Positions 1 to 9,241 of a stretch of 24,084 nt of DNA are shown here, one piece after another (within the stretch, counting starts at the first letter, position 1; each line of letters opens with the position of its first letter). Source of the stretch: Azolla caroliniana (taxonomy: Eukaryota; Plantae; Polypodiophyta); assembly GCA_043228905.1 (NCBI GenBank), contig JBHGNT010000459.1:1-24084 (forward strand), in the 5' to 3' direction. The notes beneath the pieces are model-generated. The model made no database searches. It was not told the DNA's origin and saw nothing but the letters and a program-made list of their open reading frames with translations. The position numbers and the translations under genes are program-made.

Positions 1-445
1 ATTGTGGTTGTCACAAGAAATGTGCGTGACAAAGGTGCTCCAACGATTCAGCATGTCGGATGTGAAGCCGGTTGGGTCAACACTTCATACAAACTACAAG
101 TTGTTCGGAAAGCAAAGTCTGAAGACCAAGACGGAGAAGTTAGAGATGATGAAGATTCCATATGCCTCCGCCGTCAGGAGCTTGATGTACAAAATGGTGT
201 GTACGCGGCCAGATATTGGATATGTTGTCGGAATGGTCAGTCGGTTCATGAGCAATCCGAGAAGAGAACACTGGACTGCAGTCAAGTGGATTCTCCGGTA
301 CTTGAAAGGCACTTCGAGTATGTGCCTCCGATTCAGCTCAAGAAAACCCCAACTTGAAGGATTCACGGATTTGGATATGTCGGCTGATGCGGATATGAGC
401 CGGTCAACGTTCAGATATGTTATGACAAATGTCGGGGGAGCATGC
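1..445 (+). mobile_element. Ty1/Copia pol remnant (RT C-terminus and start of RNase H), Tnt1/Tork-like
   Basis: ORF 2..472 contains IPYASAVRSLMY.MVCTRPDI.YVVGMVSRFMSNP..EHWTAVKWILRYLKGT and GFTD.D...D..RST..YV. These are Copia RT/RNase H motifs. Similarity stops abruptly after VGGA at about 445. Confidence 0.92.
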
Positions 446-696
446 GTGATACAGAAAGTTTTTCTGTTGTAACCGCCGGTTGGCGAAGACATAGGGCTCA
501 AGGTCATTGCCTCTGAGTCTCGCATTGTATCCTCTTCTTATAGTGACAATTGGAGTCTATGGGCTCCTATGGTTTTTCCCTATTAGGGTTTTCCACGTTA
601 ACATATTGTATCTATCTTATTTCTATTTTCTGTTTTCTTCCATTGAGTGTTTAAGACTCAATTGTGGTTGAGAACCATTTCCGCATAGAAATAATA
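446..696 (+). mobile_element. Partial Copia LTR (R/U5 part) fused to the truncated RNase H
   Basis: GGTTTTTCCC...GGGTTTTCCACGT (571-598) and TTCCGCA near the end. The same motifs occur on the minus strand of the solo LTR at 3011-3560. Boundaries are approximate. Confidence 0.55.
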
Positions 697-3010
697 TGCC
701 ATCCAATCTAAAAGTGCCATGGCTCCATGAAGTCAACCTATTGTTGGGTTGGATAGATATTGAAACATGATGAAAATACTAGTGAAGCACACATAGTATA
801 CCAAAACCCTAATGTGGCACATTAGCCTTTATATCCATTTATTGTAGATGCATTTGATACGGTAGAGGTCGCATCACATTCCAACTTATTAATACACATA
901 AAACAATTACCTTGTAGTGTCATGAAAAGCCAACTAAGGGAGATCATCAAATGAGATCCAAGCAGGTACTTCCACTGTTGTTGCATGACCATATAATCAT
1001 TTCATGCCTTTAACCTATGCCAAAAGTAAGCAATATTCTATGTTAGGAGTGAAGGAACCACAATTATGTATCTATATGGGCATTACACATTTCAAACCAT
1101 CCAGAGTCTAAATTACAAATGCTTTTGTGGACAAAATAATGGCATGGCATGCATCCTTTCGATTCAGCAAGCTAAGATAATTCCCACACACCACTTTTTA
1201 TTATTATTAAAGGATTGTCTTCAATAGTATTAAGAAAAAGCGCCTGAAGGCTACAACTTGAACCTAGTTGCCAGGAGGTTACAAATTTTCTTATGTAAAA
1301 TAATCCTAAATATCGAACTTTGTAAAAGATGTTTAGATTTGTTGATATTCAAGAAAGACTCCATGGAAGTTGATATTACCATTGAGGCTTCTGAGTTGAC
1401 ATTGTAAACAGGGGCAACTTTTTCCATAAGTGACGAAGCTTTTTCCTTCTCTTGTTCATAGTATCTGGGGAGCCCTGCATATTATCATACTGGCCACAAA
1501 CTATTGCCATCAAGTTCTCCCATATCTCAAGCAACACATCTGAGAGATAAATGTCTATCACATCATAAAGTCGGTTACATCGATATTTCCATAATGCCCA
1601 TAACATTACTATGGTCACTGTTTTCCAAATCTGGACAGATCGCACCTACTTTCAAGGTTGCTGAAAGGGACTAACTAATATCAATCTTCTATTATGTACT
1701 CTCATTGCCTCATGAACATCATTTGCCTCATACAGCATCAAGCTGGAATGTAATACTCCCCACATCATTGATCCCCATGAGAATAGGCAACCTACATTGA
1801 TTGTTCGGAATAAAGACATGACTTTTTTCCATACTTGTTGAGCAAAGGGACAAGACCATAGGACATACTTGGTAGTCTCCTGAGGTTCATGGCAAAAGCC
1901 AGATTGCTGCAAATTAGGTGCGACATTCCCTTTCAATGAATGACCAACTGGTAGTGCCATATGTACTAATAGCCATCGAAAGAGAATAAATTTAGTTGGT
2001 CCCTTGAATGACCAGATCCATTTCCAGTAGGTTCTCAAATGCAAAGTTGAGACACCCCAGTTGGTCCAATGTTTTTGAGTTGTTGGTATCGTTACATTCC
2101 GAGAGAGCAGTAATGATCTTCCAAGTTTTACTGAGTACTTAAAAAAGGGGACCTTTACGATCTTTTCCCCCAAGGAGTGTGACCAAAGCCAACCCCCCGG
2201 ATCGCATGTTAATCTTGCAACAAGATCTTTTGCGTATAACCATAGGATATCACTCATATGAGCAATTGACGGATAAGGATCAAGGATCCATTTCTTTCCA
2301 GTTTTCGCAACCACTCTGACTGGTGCATTTCGCAAGTCTTGTAGATAACTGCAATCAGATGTATAAGATTGCAATCTATTGTTGTCTAGGACCTCAAAAT
2401 AAGAAACACACCATTAGGTGAAACTCTCTTAACAGCCATCAATGTATCATTTGTGAAGCATCCAAACCATAGATGTTCCTGCATGGGTTGGAAGGTTGTA
2501 AACAACTAAGAAAATGTTGTTAATAAGGTAGCAATCATTATCTTGGCACCATGAACTGATTGTAGATGTGCAAGATGATCTTCTTGTGACATTTGCTGAA
2601 ATTGAGTCCAAGTTCTTACAGATGCAATTGGCTCATTATCCAATTTACCCCAAGCAAGGGGAGTTTGCAGGCCTAATACTTTTCCTACATTATCCCGAAA
2701 TAGAGAATTGGCAAGCATAGGCTGATTAAGTAATGCATCCATGTAGAACGTTTTTCCTTAAGCAAAAATGATTTAATCGCATCCCATGCTCTTATTATAC
2801 CTAAAAAAAATCTATTGGATGCAAGATTTTGCCTTGGCAGTTTAATATCATTCAAGAACAACCACTTTAGAGAGGGTGACCATATGCTCCTCTTGTCTGA
2901 GGAGTTAACTGCATTAACTGATTTAAAAACATTCCTTTCCAAGCTTCTAATCTTGGCAACAATCCTCTGATCACAAACATAGTCAAGAGAGCTCTTGACT
3001 GCATCAAAGG

Positions 3011-3560
3011 TGTTGAGAAATCGATGCGGAATAGATCACAATAAACGAACTACGCGCTGAAGTACAAATTACAGAAATGCCAGAAAAACAAGACACACAA
3101 CAATGGTGCACAGAGATTTACATGGAAACCCTAAAATGGGACAAAACCACGGGAACAAAACTTCACTATACAAATAGTGGATATACAATAGCGAGAAGGT
3201 TACAACACTCTGTCGAGTGTATCAGCCACACAGGGCTCTTCGCGTCTGTTGTTACTCACACTGCTATGGCGTCGCTCACGCTACTCTCTCTCACACACTC
3301 TTGCGTTTTTTCAACTTCTACACTTACATTGTTCTATTCTAAAAGTTTGCCCTAGTTGCATATATACTTACGCAACTTTCTAGTTGTTTACATATGTAGC
3401 CCTCATGGAGCGCACACTTAAACTATTTATAAGTATAGTCTCCCGAGTTGGCTATTTACACGATTCCGGTTTCGGCCAAGGCTCCTGTTTTCCGACTCTT
3501 CGATTGTCGGCTTTCCGAACAGTCGGATCATCCTCCCACTGGAGGGACATATTCCCAACA
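3011..3560 (-). mobile_element. Solo LTR (550 bp, Copia-type) inserted in the LINE
   Basis: TGTTG...CAACA termini and a perfect 5-bp TSD AAAGG (3006-3010, 3561-3565). Removing it rejoins the LINE frame GGLGLIEP|LMQSRALL. Confidence 0.92.
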
Positions 3561-4080
3561 AAAGGTTCTATCAAACCCAACCCTCCATTGATTTTAGGTT
3601 GAATCAACACATTCCAAGCAACTTTGGCTATTATAGGAGAGCCATGTTTCCCCCCTTAAAGGAAATTACCGATCAAGCTTTGCACTTTTGTTATTGTTGA
3701 TCTAGAAAATAGCCACACAGATGCTATAAACCACATTGATGCCAATAGTATTATGTTTGCTACTACAACCTGACCTGCAAAAGACAATTGTTGGGCATCC
3801 TAATACAGTAATTTATGTTTTATTGATAATAGTAATGGAGATAGTATTACGTTTGGCCTTAAATCTAATCCAACCATACATCCCAAATATCGAGCTAGCC
3901 CACCATGATGAAACCATCGGAAAGCAGGACGTAGATACCACGCAAGGTGAGTTTCTGCACCCACCCAAAGGCCGACTGACTTATTCCAGTTAAGTGATGC
4001 ACTTGTAGCATCTGAGAAAACTTGAAATCATTTTGTACCTAGCCGAGATTTCCAATCTCCCCATCAACATAGAGGGTTGT

Positions 4081-4486
4081 TGTTATGTACACATAACGTT
4101 GGTGAGGGTAGGTCACCAATATTTACATTAGTGAAAGGTATGTTTACTAATGTTAAAAAGGGGACTAATGATTGGATAGAAGGAATGATAAGTGCATGCA
4201 CTATCATGAATTGGACAACCAATGAATGGAGAGCCTTTTAGAAAGGCACATCTATTCAAGGGGCCTAGCAAAAGGTATAAATATGAGTCTTAGCTACCCT
4301 CTTAATCACATTACGTCAGAAAGTTGTTGTCTCATCCTAATATTCGGTGGTATGGGACATCGGTGGTAGGTTGGCTATGTCTAGATCATAGCTCAGGGGT
4401 GGTTGGGTGGAACGGGTTCTTCTATCCATTCTATTTTCCTTCTTTTACTTTAGTTTGGTCTATTGATTAGTAATAGACTCTTAACA
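4081..4486. mobile_element. Solo LTR (406 bp) inserted in the LINE RT domain
   Basis: TGTTA...TAACA termini and TSD GTTGT/ATTGT (4076-4080, 4487-4491; one mismatch). Removing it rejoins FADDT|TLYVDG. TATAAATA at about 4277 suggests plus orientation. Confidence 0.85.
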
Positions 4487-6299
4487 ATTGTATCATCTGC
4501 AAACTCAACATCCACTACAGTGGACTGTGTAATAGGTAATAATATGCCTTTGATACCAGCAATTGACGATCTTGGGTAGGAGGACAAAGCTTCCCCAAAC
4601 AAGATAAAAAGAAATGGGGCAAGGGGGCATCCTCGCCTAACAGAACTAGAGATAGGAAATAGTGTCCCGTATTCTCCAGCGGACAAAATTGAACTAGAAA
4701 CATGCCTATAAAGGGCTGAAACACCTAATCTTGACAGCACTACCTCAAGAAAGTCCCAATCCACTTTATCATATGCCTTTCCAAAGTCAAGCAATAATAC
4801 TACAAGTTGTTGTTTATGTTGCTAAGCTAATGCAACCAATTCCCAGAACAAAAAGATATTATCAAAAATACTTCTATCTTGTGGAAAACTAGACTGTGTG
4901 TCATGAATAATAGACAGCAATACATCTCGTAGTGTAACAACAATAGTTTTTGCCACAATCTTATACACAACATTAAGCAATGTTATTGGCCACCACTTGG
5001 AGACTTCATCACACTGAGCATCCGACTTAGGAATCATATATATGATTCCTTTTGTCCATTCCGTAGGCATATTAGCACTTGAGAATATTAAATTAACTGC
5101 TCTAGTAAGGAGAGGACCAAGAAAATCCCAATAATGCAAATAGAAGCCAATTCCTATTCCATCTTTTCCCAGAGAAACATCATTACCTAAGCATTTAGCC
5201 GCAACAAAAACCTCTTGAGATGTAAATCACACACCACATTTTTAATATAGATTTAGTTAATGATTCTTAGTATTGGTCACCACATTCAGAGAAAACATAA
5301 ATATTGAAAATATTATGGTAAACAAATAATGCATGAGACTTGCACATTTTTTGACACTTGTAATTTTCATATACATATGACAACAATGTGTACAACATTG
5401 AGTAAATAAAAATCTAAGTGATTGTTGTGCTAGTGAAGAAACATTTTCTATTAATCCGCGTTCATCAAATTATACACATCAAAACCTTCGATATAGATTG
5501 TTTATACACGAGGCAGTACAAGCACGTTACATGGATGGTTAATATAATGAACCCAACAATTTACCACAAATTCTGCTCTCTTGCGATGTTCTCATAAGTT
5601 TTTGTTGATGATAAATTCATTTTGTGTTCTATGGGATGATTCACATGGTCCAACATGTGAATATGTTCTCTCAACCTGTTTCACATAGGAGAGTGGAATT
5701 CAATGCGAGCGTGCCCCTCATATCACAAGGTAAGACCAAAACTTCACAACATGATAATTTTCAAAATATCGATTCTACCCCTAATCACAAAACTAATAGC
5801 ATGCCATTTTGAAAATATCAAATCTACCCTTGACCACAAAGTTAACGTAGTTTACTTGGGTTCAACAAAAATACCTGACACTTTCTAGGCTTCACTCTCA
5901 TTCGTCCTTCTCTCTCTAACTCAACATTAACTCACTTTTACCTTTATCAATATGAGGGATAAATGAGACTTTGATTTACCATTGTAAATTTCCTAGCTAT
6001 TATTGAGAAGTATAAATATTCCTTGTCTATGAATAGAGAATATAGTTATTTATACATACACTAGTTTTCCTCATATGTCCATAATGTGTGTATCAAAACT
6101 ATACATTCCAAAATACACCGGCAAAAATAAGATTGTAGGGGCTCTTTATATAAACTCTAATATTAGGTTCTTATATAAACTCTAATATTAAGGGTTATCT
6201 AAGACGGAAAAGAGATGAGGAAGTACCTTAAATATATCAAGAATTAACGAATTTGAATGATATCACAAACTTTGGCTAAAAACAATCATACTTGAGAAT

Positions 6300-6539
6300 T
6301 CAAGGTAGGTAGAGCTTGTTTTTGCACTTGCATCGCCATACTTCAGGGTAATATTCCATGAGCCCTACTTTTGTTCTACCGGGTTGAATAGGAGCACGAA
6401 TGGGTTGGCAAGGAATGCAACTTGAACATTTCTTTACACACATGGGAGGAGTTGATCCAACCGAAGACAACATTCTTTGGCCCAAGCGTTGCCGACTTTG
6501 AACTCCATGGAGGGTTATAAGAGTACTACCTTTGGCCAC
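6300..6539 (-). CDS. EPFL: EPFL exon 3 (mature cysteine-rich peptide)
   Basis: Acceptor TTTTCCCATTATAG| at 6540; EPF domain; TGA at 6302-6300. Confidence 0.95.
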   Translation of the reverse strand: MAKGSTLITLHGVQSRQRLGQRMLSSVGSTPPMCVKKCSSCIPCQPIRAPIQPGRTKVGLMEYYPEVWRCKCKNKLYLP

Positions 6540-8233
6540 CTATAATGGGAAAATTACATCAAATTTGAGTCTAGATCTATATTTAAAAAGTAAGCTAGTC
6601 TGTAACTTTATTAAAGTTGTCACCAGATTAGCTTATTGGGAACATCACACGAATACTTATGGTACACACAATGATGTAAGGCATCTTCTATACTATGAGT
6701 TTCACTACTAGTTCCAAGAATTGATAATGACTACAAATCTTAATCAATTTCTTCGTAAAAAGGTATCCTCCTATTTAGTGGTTGTCACCCAAGATCTAAA
6801 CATATTGATATAATCATGGTCATTTTTCATTAATATTCTGTGTGGTGACGATTGTCATCAAATGATCAAAAGGAGAGTGTATAACTCTAGCTAATTCAAT
6901 TAAGTTTTAAATTCACAAGAATGATGAAGGTTTCCAAGAAATAGGCAACACATCCAAGTGGAGGGGGGGAACCCAATCTGCTTTAGTAATAGTAGTGAAG
7001 AAAGAGACAATTCTTTGTGACAAGAAGTTTTTGACATTTTCCAACCCATGTGGGAAATGAGCTTTTATTCATTCTCCATTATGAGCTTTTTACATGCAAG
7101 GCTCACTAAGTTCAATGAGGTCTTAACTAGAAGTTCTAGATGTTCATAATAAGTTTTAGACGAAATCCAATTAGAAGAAGTTTTAGACATTTTTTTATTT
7201 GGCATGTGGGAGAAGAGATTTTACTCATTTTACCCTACAAAGTTACCCAGCTAGATATGATGATGTCTAAGCAGTTATTGACACCCATGATGTTGAGGGG
7301 TGCCTTGTGCTACCTCTATTTGCCACCACACCATCATGGAGAGCATAAAGTGAGAATTATGGGAAAAAACAATCAAGCTAGAGCCTCTATGGTTCTTGAA
7401 TTCTCTATCACAATAAGCTTTTTATATTTTTCAACTGATGTGGAAAAGAGCCCACCCAACTTTCACTCTTGTTTTGTTCCAATGTTTACCATTATCATAC
7501 CTTCCTAGGTATGATGACAGCCAAGAGGTCACCATATGACACAATCTCAAGGACTTCCTTGAGCATCATCAAAATACCAGGGATTAATTCCCTTGCCTTA
7601 TTCGCAAGAGCAGTATTACCCTTGAGTCCATGTGGCTTTCCCTAGGGAAGGATGGCATGGTCATACAAACATGCACACACTTTTTTTTGCAATTCATAAT
7701 TTTTACAAGCGAGAGAGCTTGACATAGAGAAGTAAAATTCCTAAAAGAATGTTGGAAGCATGAAGCAAGGAAGTTTAATGTCTCCTATACTCGATAAGCT
7801 AGAGGCATTCCAGAAAACAAATAAAGATATTCATGAGATGCTAAGAGAAGTATAGCAACTTCATCCAATCCAAAATGATTTCTCCAAGGCATTATATGGT
7901 GTGTTGTTGGTGGGTTGACTTACAATGGACTTGGGACAAGTAGAGTGTTCACATAACCAAGGACCACACACACACATACATAAGCATACCCAAAACCCAC
8001 ATAAACGCAAACTTATATGATGGATGGCATACATACATACATACATACATACATACATACATACATACATAACACATATAGATACATAAATATGGGCAGA
8101 CACACTCATAAGACAAGCAAAACACAATAACTCCCCCATCATCACATATACGACACTTTGTTGACAACATACATACATACATACATACATACATGCACAC
8201 ACATGCACTCAAGTTTGAATACATAAACATGTA

Positions 8234-8267
<34 letters not shown>

Positions 8268-8879
8268 AGTAGGAGATGTGCCCCATTAACCTAAATTTGA
8301 AATCTTTAAGAGACGTATGTAATATAATTTGTGATCATTTTTAAGATGATCAAATAGATTTAAAGATGAATTTGATGAAGATGGAATTCGAAAGCTGAAG
8401 TTCTATATCGATCAATATTAAGAGTAACTCACGACAGATTTCCTTTTTCTTTCTCCACTTGCCTTCTGATGATAATGATGATGATGGTGGTGTTGGTGTT
8501 GGTGATGATGATGAATCACTAGTGGGATATGATTGTTCACACTGTTATACACATTACTCTTCTTCACCTCATAATCTTTCTTAAGATGACCAACATCACT
8601 CCTTACAACATGTCTGATCTCTGCAAATTAATAAATCTATTGATCAAATTATAGGGTTAATTAGAGAATTAACTTCAAATTACTGGAAGTGGGCTAGGAA
8701 GTACCTGGTGAATGAGCTGATGATTGCATTAAGGCATGATGATGAGGACGAAAAGCAGCCAGGGTAGTAAACTGACTGATTTTGAGGATGAGGAGGGTCA
8801 AGCAAAAGAAGTCCGAGAAGAATCTGAAGAAGAGGTTCACTAATTTGGGCCTGGAATTAGAGGTTAATCTGCTCCTCAT
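6300..8879 (-). CDS. EPFL: EPIDERMAL PATTERNING FACTOR-LIKE secreted peptide precursor, EPFL4/5/6 (CHALLAH) type; join(8879..8705,8620..8433,6539..6300), 200 aa
   Basis: The C-terminal GSTPPMCVKKCSSCIPCQPIRAPIQPG...EYYPEVWRCKCKNKLYLP has the six-Cys EPF pattern and the EYYPE.WRCKC signature. The N-terminus carries a hydrophobic signal-like segment. Both introns are GT-AG (84 nt phase 1; 1893 nt phase 0), and the spliced frame stays open. Confidence 0.9.
8029..8192 (-). repeat. Inverted copy of the (TATG)n-core repeat unit in EPFL intron 2
   Basis: The reverse complement reads (TATG)n TTGTCAACAAAGTGTC..GATGGGGGAGTTATTGTGTTTTGCTTGTCTTATGA.TGTGTCTGCC..TATGTATCTATATGTGT (TATG)n, matching 8971-9241. 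Confidence 0.95.
8240..8267. repeat. (TG)n microsatellite in EPFL intron 2
   Basis: Read directly from the sequence. Confidence 0.95.
8433..8620 (-). CDS. EPFL: EPFL exon 2 (prodomain with His/Gln tract)
   Basis: Acceptor TTTGCAG| at 8621 and donor |GTGAGT at 8432. Open frame EIRHVVRS...VIHHHHQHQHHHHHYHQKASGERKRKSV, with phases compatible with exons 1 and 3. Confidence 0.8.
8705..8879 (-). CDS. EPFL: EPFL exon 1 (signal peptide)
   Basis: ATG at 8879; LFFRFFSDFFCLTLLILKISQFTTLAA|FRP; donor CAG|GTAC at 8705/8704. Confidence 0.8.
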
Positions 8880-8905
8880 TATTGTGTGCTAAATGTGGCC
8901 ATCAT
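8879..8905 (-). promoter_or_regulatory. Putative uORF (MMATFSTQ*) whose stop overlaps the EPFL start (TAATG)
   Basis: The minus strand reads ATG ATG GCC ACA TTT AGC ACA CAA TAA TG. It is a uORF only if the transcript starts upstream of 8905. Confidence 0.45.
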
Positions 8906-8970
8906 TATTGGAGCCAAAGAAGGGAGGGAAAGAAGGTGGGGGTAAATATGTACATATATGTATGGTGAAG

Positions 8971-9066
8971 TATGTATGTATGTATGTATGTTGTCAACAA
9001 AGTGTCCTATATGTATGTGACGATGGGGAGTTATTGTGTTTTGCTTGTCTTATGAATGTGTCTGCC

Positions 9067-9097
<31 letters not shown>

Positions 9098-9241
9098 TGT
9101 ATGTATGTATGTATGTATGTATGTATGTATGTTGTCAACAAAGTGTCCTATATGTATGTGACGATGGGGGAGTTATTGTGTTTTGCCTGTCTTATGAATG
9201 TGTTTGCCATAGGTATGTATCTATATGTGTTATGTATGTAT
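8971..9241 (+). repeat. Two tandem copies of an approximately 76-bp core separated by (TATG)n, upstream of EPFL
   Basis: Cores at about 8991-9066 and 9132-9209; TATG runs at 8971-8990 and 9068-9131. Confidence 0.95.

Larger units (their letters stand above)
1195..5227 (-). mobile_element. 5'-truncated, decayed L1-clade LINE (ORF2: RT plus zf-RVT), interrupted by two solo LTRs
   Basis: RT motifs WWPITLLNVVYKIVAK, LDFGKAYDKVDW, VRRGCPLAPFLF, FADDT|TLY and AKVAW...GGLGLIEP. zf-RVT motif WKWIW...FRWLLVH.ALP...ET...LWSC...QVW. The minus strand ends in a (TAA)nAAAA tail at about 1210-1195. A 10-bp TSD CACACACCAC lies at 1185-1194 and 5228-5237. Confidence 0.93.

Noticed and set aside
700-1184. Minus-strand stretches that read like decayed exons (e.g. 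VEVPAWISFDDLP, with AG/GT borders at about 1014-910)
   Set aside because: They contain in-frame stops, one intron would be implausibly short, and I recognise no family. A translated search would be needed.
5758-5846. Two imperfect repeats of about 49-bp period (TTTT.AAAATATC...TCTACCC)
   Set aside because: Possibly TE subterminal repeats, but no TIR or TSD was found.
6146-6190. 20-bp direct repeat TTATATAAACTCTAATATTA in the presumed EPFL 3'UTR
   Set aside because: A simple AT-rich slippage duplication with no evidence of function.
7140-7900. ORF 7140..7508 and coding-like sequence within EPFL intron 2
   Set aside because: No recognisable motif, and stops in the adjoining frames. Possibly an old TE remnant, but unsupported.
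8971-9241. Repeat-spacer-like alternation resembling a CRISPR array
   Set aside because: The 'spacers' are near-identical, the 'repeats' are microsatellite, the context is eukaryotic and there are no cas genes.
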